In this document: one piece after another, positions 37,584 to 51,000 of the stretch | Layout: every line of letters starts with the position of its first letter | Numbering within the stretch: the stretch's first letter is position 1 | DNA from: Lobosporangium transversale | Taxonomy: Eukaryota | DNA: 64,000 bases | Reading direction: 5' to 3' | Assembly (NCBI RefSeq): GCF_002105155.1 | Contig: NW_019028982.1 | Location: forward strand, 1,054,001-1,118,000 | Notes under the pieces: generated by a model | Told to the model about the DNA's origin: nothing | The model's input: the letters and a program-made list of their open reading frames with translations, nothing else | The model's database searches: none | Program-made: the position numbers and the translations under genes

Positions 37584-40442
37584 ATGGCACCCCAACATGT
37601 CACAACGATCCTTTTAGCAGAGTTCGACATTGACCAAGGTTCAGTCTTGACTCATCAATATCCAAACGACATCACCTCGGATAACCAGTGCGTACTTTCT
37701 CTCCTTATAGCATTTCAAATGACAGAAAGAAAAAAATCCACTATACTAAAGCGTGGTTTTCTTGACTTGACTCAGTGTTTTAGCAGAGCTGATGTTGCCC
37801 GATGGTGCACATTTGAGACCCGCTGACTGGACCATTTTTTTTCTAAACCGAGCAAAACCTGCTCCTTGGAATGGCAACAAAACTCTAACTGATGATGATA
37901 CGGTTGAAAACCCTCTCCTCTATGTTCTGAATTTAGTCCGCACCAACCATGATGCCTCTATTCGAAGGTGAGATTTTATTCTGCGACCTTTTTTTTTTTT
38001 TTTTTTTTTTTTTTGATACTGTAAATCCGCAAGGCATGCCATAAATACCAACTACTTTTTATGTTTGTTTAAAATTTACAGAGGTGCTGCTGTCAAAGCC
38101 ATGGCGATTTGTACAACTCATCAATACTTGCATGTGTACAAGGCAAGTTCTTATTCTTCGAGAGAAAATATTTAGGCCTCTTAGGTATATACATTAACTA
38201 ATTTTTGAAATAATTTCTCATGCCCCATAAATTACCCTCTAATAGCCTGTACTATTACTTGCACTCGAGAACTACTTCAAGGACCCATCAATTGAGGTTT
38301 TGAAGGCCCTTTACGAGTCAGTTAATTCAATGGAACTTTCGCCCCCTGACCTCTCTCCATATGAACGCATGATCCTTCGGTCATCAGATAACAAAGAGCT
38401 ATTTATTGAAAAATTCGAGGCCGCACATTCTGTAAGCGCAGGAGGCGAGGAGGCATCTACCAATAGAGCCGATATGGCGAATGGTCTTGGAATAGTTGTT
38501 GGACAAACGCCTTTGAAGGGTAACAGAGACGGAGTTGTAACTTCAACTTCAGTGCCTGCAGCACCAGCTCCTGGGATGACAAGAAATCGCGACTGTCAGT
38601 TTTATGAAACAAAAGTAGTTTACGATGGAATCAAAATCCCTATTCGAGTGCCGCTCAGTATCAACTCAGAGGAAGTTGGAGAGGTAAAGTAAGATTGCTT
38701 GAATATCGTTCATTATGCTTCCTGAAAGGCAGAGCTCATCATTGACAGCGTTTATTTTTCATAATTAAATAGTTTTCGCTGATTAAGCTCATAACAACAT
38801 TCAGTCCAGCCAATCCATCGCCTAACCCACATCCCTTTCATGCACATCTGGACTCGAATGGCCCTAATACACACCCGATCATGCTACTCATGAATGCGCT
38901 CTTGACTGAGAAGAGAATCATTTTTTTGGGAAATGGACACCCGGCGGGAGATGTAGCCAACTTTGTACTAGCGGCATGTGCCCTTGGTAGTGGATCAGGC
39001 GGAGTCCTTAGAGGATTCCCAGAACGCGCATATCCGTATACGAACTTGGCAGGCATTGACCATCTGTTGACATGGTAAATACTAGATCCTGAATAATATT
39101 TTCAAAGCACATCAGTACTAGCCTCGCATACTCAGCTTCTTCTTCTTCTTTTTTTGCTTGTTTGTTTGGCTGGTGTGGTAATTGCAGCAAGGGGTTCATT
39201 GCTGGTGTGACAAACCAGCTTTTCGAGGATAGAACTGCCTGGTGGGATGTACTCTGCAACATCGATACAGGCAAGATCACAGTAAGCAAAGATATTACAC
39301 CGATGCCATCATCACATGGAGGGCATTACGATGATGTACGAAGCATTCCGCTATTTACTGGCACCCCTGGGAGTCAATTCAACAGCAAATATGACAACGG
39401 AGATAACGATTTTATGAACGATGTAAGTGATGCAAAGAAGGCTTTTTTTTTTTTTTTTTATTTTTTTTATTTGATTTAAAAGTTATTAACAAGATTGAGC
39501 TTCCGTTCTTTTAAGATATTGAATTCCATTCAAGCACATTACGGAGAGATGGTTATCCGAGCGAAATTTCAGGATTATGTTGCGCGGTTCGTTCAACTTG
39601 CCTCACAATACGAAGAGGCCACCTATGGCCAAACAACTATTGGGCTCAACCGTACCAACACACCTGAGTCTATTAAGTATCTGGGCACAGGTCTTGTATT
39701 TATAGATGAAGCCTCGCGTGCACGAGAAATAGCTGCAAATTCGAGCAGAATTGAGGGCTGGCGGTCAACTACAAGCTACAAGTACTTACAGGAAGATCAC
39801 AAGACTTGGTTGGCTTCACGATCGATTCGATGCATGGACGTGAAGCGTATCATCTCCTTGCTGAAGTTGCCGAAGACGTTATCGCCCCAGGATGTCTCTA
39901 CTCTCTTCAAGGGATTTTTACAAAATATTTCGACTGATGAACAGATCATTGAGGTGAGGTTTGTTGTTGTTCAGTCTTCTATCGAAATATCGTTGCAAGA
40001 TATTAGTGTTTATACCTCATTCTTATCATAATTATTGGCTAGTTCCTATCAAGTCTTCCATTGTCGCAGGGCGGATTATTTTGCATTGCTTATGGGCTCT
40101 TCCATCCCTTGGCTAGTGTTCGCAATGATACGGTCGCCTTCTTGAACAGACTGAATCAGCATCCCGTAAGTGTACCTGCTATTCTACGCTTGGAAGACTT
40201 CCAAAAGTACGTTTAGTGTTAACGGCGCTGATTTTTTTTTATTTTTATTTTTATTTTTTTATTTTTCATTGGTCTCACTGAACCAAAAGACCGGACGTGT
40301 CTATATCAAATCGCTTAATCGATTTGAGCGTAATACATATGAGCGACTGGCGCGAGAACATGCGCTTCAAGAAGAGAACTCTATTAAGCAACATCATTAT
40401 GCTCGATTTTCAGCCTCTGCAGGATCCATCAGTTCTGCATAA
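37584..40442 (+). CDS. AFI1: Afi1/MesA-like polarity protein (Arf3-docking + SPA, DENN-like), multi-exon
   Basis: [78 protein letters not shown] and GFIAGVTN. Includes a GC-AG intron at 38143-38245. Confidence 0.88.
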
Positions 40443-40522
40443 TTATTATTAGTGATATTGTTTTTCCATGTGGCCTTGGTGAGATGTGAAATTTTAATAG
40501 CATGTAATGTATTACTTTAAAT

Positions 40523-43500
40523 CTAATTCATAACATCGAATTGAATTTCTACAGTCTGGTCCATGCCCAGATAGCCATCACTGTAAAGGTGAATTTTCCA
40601 CGCATGTCTTCCTGCTCTTTTTGGTGCAACGAATTCTAGTTTCGTCGTGACCTTATTAATAAATTCTCCTTGGGGTCCTGTGCGCATATTAACGCGCTTC
40701 AATGCCACGAGCTCCTGGGTATCTGGATCTTCCAGGACCACCCACCATGACTCCCATTGTGGTTTAGGGAATTTAGGGCAATATACACGACCATCATATG
40801 TGACGCCAGGGCGTTTTACTCTGTTGAGCTCCAAATTGACCTTGTAGGTGAGATCTCCAACTAAGAAGGACTTGATGCCTGTATCAATGCTGGATGTGAC
40901 TTTCAGTAGCGGGAGTTTCTGAACAACCTTCCAAATGTCTTGTAATTGGCCTACATTAAGCGAATGAATTCTGGAGAAGAAAGATTTGATTTCTTGCTCA
41001 GACATTGAGGTCAAATCAAAGAGCCGTTCGACTGTCTTGTTGGAAGCCTTGACAGAGTGACCCTTGTTGTTGTGCCCATGACGAGATGCACCTGTCAGTA
41101 TAGAGAGCATGTGCTTCTCAATATGAGGCAAAGTCAAAAGAGACTCGTCTCTCCATCGAGCTTGCTTGACGGATTGTAAGATATTCATAGTGGATAAACA
41201 AGGCTGCAACATGCCCTTCTCAGCTGTTATATCAATCATTGCCTACTCAGCCAAATTATCCATGATTAAAAAGATGATGAAGGCAACAATAGCTTATAAG
41301 TTAAAGGAAGGATAGCAGCATATTCGCATCAGCAATCTCATTTGTGCATTTTGTATAGTTTGTTCATAAAGAATAAACAGATACAAACCTGTAAAACACG
41401 GACAGATTGATCAAGGACCGATACAGTGTCAGTAATGTAATCTGCAACTGGCAATCTCATTCGCTCAAAATAAGCCTGCAGCAACAAAAATGATTTGGCG
41501 TGTGGGCTATCGTATGACATAGAAGAGTCGATCAACAGTGGTAGTCCTTGCTCTAACTCCTTGTTGACGATTTCCTCATTATGGCGCACTGGTAGCTCCG
41601 AGTACTCTATCGCACCGCATAGAATCATTAATAGATCCTCATACGTAGAATCGGGCTTCAAGTATTCTTGTAAATGTTGGATGGTTGGATGCATCAGATA
41701 ATAAAACGAGCAAATCTTTCCAAGCGATGTGGACTCGATCTCAAAATCGTCTATGACCTCCACACAACTAGATTTCTCCAGGTTTGATATCGACTTCTCA
41801 ATCAAGTCTGATAAGAACGTATTAACACCTAGTGGCGTCAAATCTTGGACTCCGTAGTAACTGGGATTCATCTGAAGACGGCGATAAAAGTATGTCCAAG
41901 TCAAATAGTCCATAGCGTCCTGTTTTGTCTTGATGGTTCCCCCAACAATCTCCGCATTCAAATGGTCATCTAAATGTAGATGCAGGCTTGATTCGACTGG
42001 GAAAGGCTCATGCAAAAACTTCTTGTAAAAGTTTTTCTTGATATCGTGAACAAAAATCCTAGCAATACCTTCCTGATCAAATTGAGGTCGGCCTGCTCGC
42101 CCCATCATCTGCAGAACATCCGTGATTGGGAAGTCAACATACGTACGTGTTTTAGCATCATAATACTCTGTACCTTTGATAACCACCAGATGCGCAGGGA
42201 AGTTCACGCCCCAGGCCAGTGTACTGGTGGCAATCAGGATTTGGATTTTGGTGCTTACAAAGAGTTCCTCTACGAGTTTGCGGTCGCTCTCTGTAAGACC
42301 GGCATGATGTAAACCGATGCCGAATCCAAGTGAAAGGCGAAGACTCGAGTCTTGGACTTTAGTCAAAAGCACCTCAAGTTCCTCCTCCGGCATGTGCAAG
42401 AATCGTCTGGGATTGTCTTCCATGGCACAATACGCAATCAAATCTTGAGCAGTGAGGCGTGTCTGACGACGCGATGAAACAAAGACAATGACAGGTTGGC
42501 TAGGGGAGTGAGTCTTGATCGCAGCATATGTAGGCTTATTCATTGTTGCCATGCGTGGACAGTAGTGCTTTCCCGGGAAGCCATCGATATAGATCTCGAG
42601 AGGTACAGGACGAACTGAGTGCCTAAAGTTGAACAAGCCAACTTCTTGAATGCCAAGCCAGTCTGCCAGATCATGAGCGTTAGCTAAGGCGGTCGAGAGC
42701 CCTACAAGTCGAATCCTCTTGCTTAGCTGTGCACCAATGTAGTTCATACGTGAAACAATGACCTCCAAAATCGGGCCGCGGTCACCGCCGAGCAGATGGA
42801 TCTCATCAATGATTACTAACGACACTTTCCGAACGTATGGCCTTGTTTGCCAGTTACGACTGATTCCATCCCATTTCTCGGGGGTTGTTATAATGATATC
42901 GGCGCTCTCGATAGACTTGATGTCAGGCGTGACATCTCCAGTCAACTCAACTAACTTCCTGTTCATGGGGCCTACTAATCGCGTAGTCCAATCAGTGACA
43001 CGCTCGCGAACCAAGGCCTTCATGGGTGCAATATAAACAACCTTACTATCTGGCTGATCCTTGAATGCCCACCACATAGCTAGCTCGGCAGCAACGGTCT
43101 TTCCAGAACCTGTAGGAGCACCGATCAAAGCATTGTGGCCAGTGTTATAGAGGGTATGGAAGATCTGCGTTTGCACTGGATTAAAGTGAGAGAATCTCTT
43201 GAGGCAGATCTCCTCCAGGACGTCGTTATGTAGTGCAGACACTGGAAGTGGTTGCAGGTCTAAAAGGTCTGTGTGAGGTGGATAAAGTTCTGGGAGAATC
43301 AAGTGCTTGAATGATATAGGATGCACAGACTCGGCTCCAATCCACCTGTCAGAAATAGCGCGAACAAAGATCTGTGGTGGCAGTGGCTCAATGACAGGGA
43401 TAGTAAAGGTAATAACTTGAGGTTGACCTAGCTGTTTCCGTGACAACAAAAAGTACTCAGAATGGAGAATTTCTGTATTGTTCGAATCCTCAACCCAAAT

Positions 43501-46500
43501 CCACCAGGGCTCATTGAATCCATGAATGCGATCATTCCACATAAAGTCTGGTGTTATTGTGAGAGCGACTCGGAGGACGTTTCGGGTGATAGGTGCGACC
43601 TGAGCATCCATTTGCAGAACAGGGAATTGGTCTAAACACTTGGAGATAGTCTGACCCATCCTGTGAAACCGAACAAGCTCTCCCAGTTCATTCACAGTCA
43701 TTTCTCTCATCTCCTCAATGGTAGGCGGATGCGTGCGTGCCTCCAGTTTAGTGATAATATCGCGTGGTAGACCAAATTGTGCAAGCGGATGTTCAAATGA
43801 CCACATCTTCTTGTCAACCGATTTGCCAAGCGATAAAAGCACATTTGCCACAGGACCCCAGCTGCGATTCAAGGCGATCTCAAACATAGCACGGATGATA
43901 CGCGAGGCATTCTGTGCAACATAAGCGCTGTCCGAGACTAATGCAAAGTCTTCCAATGGTGCTTGCGTAATGGCTGCTTGAAGTAAGATATTGACCTTAG
44001 ATGGTGAAGCATCCAATCCGCCTTTAACATCACAAGGACATGCTTGTTCCAATAGCTTCTTTAGTTCAGATTGCTCATTATCTCTGGACTTCACGTTTTC
44101 GAACTCGGTACTCCTGCTGACCATTGCGAGGACGTCGGCTTCTGTCATTCGAGGCTTCATCAGACTATTGTAAGTATTGACACTGTTATATGAGACGTAA
44201 TAGTTTGAGGCAATGCGTCCCAAATCCTTAGGTGTAAGGTATCCTGTATTTTCATCGTAAATGATCATTTGAGCTTTATGCAGAGATTTTGCTGCAGCGA
44301 CAATAATATCGCGGCGTTTCTTGCCGAGCAATGGATCCTCCGTAGGCTCTGTATGACTCATGCCGTAGACCAATGGGTTCTTGCGCATACGTACGTACAA
44401 GTAGGTGTAGCTGAGCCAAGTGACAGCCTCATCCACGTTAGTAATTGTTCCAAGAGATAGCTCAGCATTCAAATTATCGACCACGCTTTCGATAAACCTA
44501 TTTCGTAAGGCACAAATATGTCAGTGGTAAACTATGGCGAGTGTCCAACTGTTCGAATAGCCAGCATTTACAGCTTCTTCACACTAATTACCTCGATTCA
44601 ATAGGAAGCTGTTGCGTGATAAGGGCGACATAATGGTTCAGCTTGTCTTGAGTTGTCAAAATGTAGCCCACACCGTGTGATTCATACTGTGGACGACCAG
44701 CACGACCAAAAATTTGCATCACATCCAGAATTGATAAGTCAACAAAAGCACCTTTCTGAGTATTATAAACCTGAGTGCCCTTGATGACTACAGCATATGC
44801 TGGCAGATTGACACCCCATGCGAGCGTTGCTGTACAGCAGAGAACCTATTTAAGGTTTAAGTTGCGCATAGATGGAAAGTTAAAATATTACATAGAGTTA
44901 ATGTATCTTATACTAAAATAAATTTAAAGCACGTACTCTGATAAGACCGTCGGCAAACAACTTTTCTGTAAGTGCTCGATCTGCGCGAAGCATTCCGGCG
45001 TGATGGATACCGAATCCATAGTTGAAGAGTTCTTTCATTTCCCGATTCCTGGATTTTGCGAGCTCCCTCTTCTTGATCTCATGTTGTGGGTGGCTTGAAG
45101 TGTCAAAGAAGATAGCTTCATCTTCATCATTGGCTTTCTGTTTTAACATCTGAGCTGTCTTAACAGTGTCCTTACGAGAATGCACAAAGACCATGACTTG
45201 ATGTCCTTGTTTGACGAGATCGACAACCTAAGTAAAATTGGATAAAAAATATTAGAGTTCGATATCCATCATTGATTCCATGCATATGCATACAAAACTT
45301 TCGCCGCATCGATGTGCACCTTGTCATAACATGTCTGGTCCAAACCGCGATTATATTGGGATGAACCATACTTGCCACGGACACCGCAAAAATGCTGCTC
45401 TAAAGGTACAGGGCGGAAACCAGCGTCAAAGTAAAATAAGCCCTGATATGGATTGACACGCAAAAATGCGGCCACATCTACATAATTTGGAAGTGTGGCA
45501 GAAAGACCGACAATGCGAATCATGGATTGGGATGTTTCGACTTGGCGCAGCGTACGTGCTACAATGCTCTCCAACACCGCGCCACGCTCGTCATGCAGCA
45601 AGTGGACCTCATCAATAATCAATAAGCGAACCTTTTGGGCCAATTCAACATCACCTGTGCTCTTACGAGTAACGACATCCCATTTCTCGGGTGTTGTCAC
45701 AATAATTTGCGTACTAGCAATCTCAGCTTTGGTCAGCTGCATATCTCCGGTCAACTCACGGACCTCAATCCCGAGCCACTTGAGACGCGAGCTAAACTTG
45801 CGCACAATTTCTGCTGCAAGAGCCTTCATTGGAGCCACAAATACAATCTTAAAATCGTTCTTTGCTACGACATACTCTTTGGGATCGATACCTTTACGAG
45901 GCGTAGGAGCACAGTGTTGATAAAGTGTCCTTAAAATTGTCAGAAGTGAAACGTCGGTTTTACCCTAAAAGTCAAAATAGAAATAAGTGATGAGTACAAT
46001 ATGGCGCTATGGTGAGTTAGGGGCCGAAGTTATGGCAAGATTGAAAAATCAGTCAACATACTGCTCCTGTAGGGGCGCACATGAGGATATTTTCGTTCGT
46101 TTCATACGCCACGGGATACACGATAGATTGAATGCGATTGAGAGAAGTGTAAGCTTTGAAAGTAGTACTGCAGAGCGTATCCATATCTTCAAGGTTTATG
46201 AGTTTCTCCGTTGCACGACGCGGCGCCTGCTTGGTAATAGGAATAGCAACTTCCTCGTAATCCTATAAGATTTGGGACACGCTAAATTAGAAGCTGGATA
46301 AAAAAGACATATGTGCCTTACGTAGCACAAAGATAAAATATATTACCTTCTCATCTATACGGGTAGTTCCAGGAGGTAATGCAAAACCCTTACCAATTGA
46401 CGATAGCATGTTGCCACCCTTGGCGGACTGATAGACATGGGGGTAATCTGGTGTGCTAAAGTTTGTTTTCTGTAGAAAGAAAAAGTCTTTCGCTCAATCC

Positions 46501-47868
46501 TGCAGTACACTTTTTCTTATAATTACCACTTTCTTCATTACAACAATTAACCCCCTCTCCCTCTCCAAAATAAATATATATATATATATATGTTTACCTG
46601 CTGAGAACTGGCGAGAGGCATGGCCGCGTTATTTCGTAGCTGCTCCTCGCGTGCCTTGCGCAGATCTTCTTTGTCAAATCCCAAAATAGCAGATGACAAT
46701 GCCGCCTCATCTTCTTCGTCGCGCGCGCCATACTTTTTACGCTCCTTTCGTGCCAGCTTAGCTGCCCACTTCTCATCTTCGGTCTGGACAGTAAAGTTGC
46801 CTCCCAAAGGTGCTCTATAATTGCTGTCATGGTGCTCGGCTTTGTAGCTTTTTGGAAGCTTTGAATCGAAGTCATATGTAGTCTAAAGTTAATAATAATC
46901 AAGAAAAGAGTTGGTAATGCATACCTATGATGAATATAGTGGCCCATGAAGCTTACTCCACAGACACGTTCATTTTCTAATGTTCACTGCCTACCTGGGA
47001 CATGACATTTTCCACAATAGTACGTCGATTGGTCAACAACGCCGTAATAAACTCGAAATTTTCGAAACCCAACAAATCCACCAAGTTAATCTGGATGTCA
47101 TCATCTATAAGATCAAGTCGTGCCAAGTTAGGAAACTCTGTACATGGATACTATTTAGTTAGTCTAAATACGACGGTCATACATACCCAGCTTATCGGAC
47201 CGAAGGATTGTAAAAATGTCAATGGAGAGTCGCCTCGATGTCATTTCTGTAGTTGGATCACCATAATGCTCTAAATGAGCGATACATTGGTTTACCAACC
47301 AATCGCGATCATACACAGGGCTCGTCAGAGAGGAAGATTGAATATCTGGTAAATGGCTCTTCTGCTCGTTGGGGCGCGGAGGGAGTGTGGGCGGCACCAC
47401 GTCGCCGTAATCCGGGAGCATATCACCGCGCTGGCCGAACTCTGGATCACGATGGCGGTTAATCAATGAATCAGTGTCGGACAAGGTTTCTGTGTCGTCA
47501 CTGTCATCTAAGACGGGCCAGATCGGGGCCTTGTAAAAGATATCGACGTCCTCCATGCCATATTCAACTTCTTCCAACGGTGGGAAATCTGCGTTAGATA
47601 GAAGCTGCTGTTGCTCCTTTCGACTTGCGAGCTTGGCCTTAAAGTCAAGGATATTTCTCTTCAATTCTTCACGCACTTTATCTAAGGCGCGCACAATAAG
47701 CTCTTCTTCACTTTCTTCGTCATTGTCATCGTTATCACTACTATTATACTCTTCATGGCTTTTTGTATCAGTTGTGCTGGTTGAAATTGAGTGAGCATGA
47801 TCTTTGTAAGCTATGTGGTGGGTCATCCGCAAGATGTTGGCCAAGTGAAAGTCCACGAGTTCTGACAT
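40523..47868 (-). CDS. SLH1: Ski2-like tandem helicase Slh1/Rqt2/ASCC3 (two DEIH/DEVH cassettes + Sec63 domains), multi-exon
   Basis: Two cassettes: APTGAGKT...[13 protein letters not shown]...VGLSATLPN and APTGSGKT...[13 protein letters not shown]...[12 protein letters not shown]. The C-terminal Sec63 domain has [24 protein letters not shown] is typical of ASCC3/Slh1 rather than Brr2. Confidence 0.93.
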
Positions 47869-48088
47869 GATGAGAATAAATTGCCCTGTCTAATAATGAT
47901 GTCTTGTGAAAGATCCACCTGATCTTGTTAGTTTTTATTTAACGGTGTCTATCGAGAAAACTGCTCCAATCTGCTCCAAAGGCCCTTTTTTCTTTTTTTG
48001 GTAACCCATATGACTGCCTTTGTTGTAGCGTGTGCTGCGGCATATCCCTATGCTGCGGTTTGTTTGAAAAGAGTAAAAACGGTTTGAC

Positions 48089-51000
48089 ATGGGCCAAAGT
48101 TCTCTAGACTCAAGCTCAATGACCACAACGCACCATGCACCATTGAACAATACTATCCGCAGCAACGTACTTTATTCACTCAGGGCAAATGGAACATCAA
48201 ATACCATGAATGACGACGTCAATCGCAAAGACTCGTTCGGGATCTCAACTTTGCACCGTGCTGTTGCAAACAACAATCTTGACTTAGTCAAGCAATTGCT
48301 AGGACATCCCAAGCTCGATGTAAATGATAAAGATCTTGAATCAGGATGGACAGCACTGCATAGGTAAGCCTTTGAAATATGTTATCCATAAATGTTTGTC
48401 GAATGTAACATTAACCTTCTCTTGATACTAATGGGATCTTCATCACTCTAGGGCTCTCTATCTCGGACATCTGAGAATTGCTCTCTTACTGATTCAACAC
48501 AAGAACATTAATATGACTATAGAGGTAAGTTTGTACGCTGCTCTGTGTGGCTGTGCCGATATCCACATCTAAATGTATTTGTATATTTGTGTATACAATT
48601 TGCTACAACAATATTTTCAATATCATTTACGTACTCGACTCATGAATTTTGTTAACATGTCGTCAACTTTAGGACAAAGATAGGAACACAGCTATAGACT
48701 TATGTCAGGCAACTCTACCTGTGTCTCTTAAAGTTGGGCCTTGTCCAGGAGATGCTCTATATACTTGGGGATCGAATTCCAATTTTACACTCGGACATAA
48801 TGATGGTGACGACAGAAAGCAGCCAGAGCTCGTCAAATTCCCCTACCAAACAAATACTATAACGTTCCCCCGAGTGAAGTCTGCTAAGCCTATTCTATAC
48901 CAAATGTCGATGAGTAAATTCCATACAGCGATCGCAACCTCCGAGCCAGGTTTCACGGCTAAAATATGGGGATTTGGTACCAATGGAAGACTTGGGTCTG
49001 ACAGAAAAATGCAGCTCAGTCCGGCGCCAGTTTCAGGGATCCCTGGAAATGTCGTTTCCACAGCTCTGGGTAGAGACCATACAATTTTCGTCACAGCCAA
49101 AGGAGAAGTCTATACATTAGGGAGCAACAAGTATGGACAGCTTGGCTATGCACTTGAAGCTCCGAAAAACGGTCAGGATCCCATTCAGTATTCACCCAAA
49201 CGTGTCGTCCTCACTATTACCAGGCTTAAAATAGTTGGCGCCGCTGCATCGAGATGGCATTCTGCTGTGCACACAGACTCTGAGCTATTTACTTTCGGAT
49301 TTAACTTTGGTCAGCTTGGATATGAAAGAAAAGGCGATATTCAATTAGGCCCACGAAAAGTGGCCTCTATTCCACCAGGAAATATTATCCAGGTGGTAGC
49401 ATCGGATTCAGCAACGGCCTGCCTTATGTCTTCGAATGAAGTTGTCGTTTTCCACAAGTATGCATACCATAAAGTGGCCTTCTCGCTCAATCCATTTCCT
49501 GATTGGTTTACAAGCCAAGTCATGTATTCAATGTCGACCAATAACCACCCTCAAAAAATCGCATGTTCCGAAAATAAGTTTGGAATGATGACAGTATGGG
49601 GGGATATCCACGTTTGGAGCTATCCTGAGGTCGATCCAGGAATCACCTTAGGATCTCTACCTCCGAATCAGTTTGCTTCATCTATCGCTCAGCCAGAAAA
49701 GCCAAGAAGAGTTTGGACTTGTGGCGGCGAACGAACCCATGCTATAGATTTTGCCCTGGGTCAAAATGGCTCAGTGATCATGCTCACAAAAGGGGGACAT
49801 GTGTACATTGGTACCAATAAGGGAAGCTCTTTAGGGCGGAATGTTAAGTGGCAAAGGTATGATGTATTACTACGCACAAAAGTCCTACAAACTAAGGCCT
49901 GAAAAGTGCACTAACGAAATCCAAATATTTGATGTCATAGGATACCTCATCTCGACCGTGTGGTCCGAGTTTACGCAAATCCTAGCGGCGCTTGGGCTGC
50001 ATTACGGTCCGAGTCAGCGCTGACTCCAGTCATAATTCGACCAGGACGCCTTGATTCTGACCTGGAGCAATCACTTTCACAATTCCATTTGTATAACAAC
50101 AACGAAAAGAACTGTGGAACAAGTACTGAGCCTATAGTGTATGATGATGATGATGGTGACGAAGCTAGTGAAGCAGAAGCAAATCCATGGAAAATCGACA
50201 GCCGCGGCTGGCTAGATATTGAGAGGAGCTGGGATTATGATGTTGTGCCTCTTTTGGACTCAACTGCAGAATCATGCAACATTGGCGGTACAACTGTCTC
50301 AGGGAGTCATTTATTTGATGTGGAGCTAGAGGCAGGAAAGCGGACCTTGGGAGCCCATAGAATTGTTTTGGCAGCTAGGAGTCCAGCTCTTTGTCGAGTG
50401 TTCGTTGAAACCCCTCGTATTGCGACAACAATTGGATCTCTCGTGTCAATAGAACCCACTAAAATCGACTATAATCAAAGAATCCTATACACAATCATGC
50501 TCAAAGTCGAATTCGCTACAGCCGTACTTCTTCTTCAGTTTTTGTATAGCGACCGATTTGATCCATTCTGGGATGCTCTCGACTTGCCAAAATCTATCAA
50601 GCAATATGCGCTCAAAGTACGGCAAGAGCTGTACCATCTCGCCTTGGAGCTCTCCTTACCTACTCTTCAAGCTGCTCTTCAATATTCATTTACGCACACC
50701 TGCAGTCCTAGTCTCTCAAAAAATATGGCGCAGGTCATTTTGAATCCGATCAAATATCAAGGATTAGCGGATGTGAGACTACTGCTAAAACATGGAGAAT
50801 CAATGGACTTACATCAGATGATACTTGGCCACCGATCGCCATTTTTCAATGCTATGTTTGTTAGAACAAACGAATGGATTCGTGCGAGGCAAGGCCCTAG
50901 GCGGCTGCCAGAAGGCAGCTCAACACAAAACGATCAACTTCTTGAAGTGAATATGACCCACATGGGTTTGGAAGCCATGACAATTGTTGTCAATTATATC

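Noticed and set aside
40523..47868. Helicase as spliceosomal Brr2
   Set aside because: Both cassettes retain intact catalytic motifs, and the sequence features fit Slh1/ASCC3 better.
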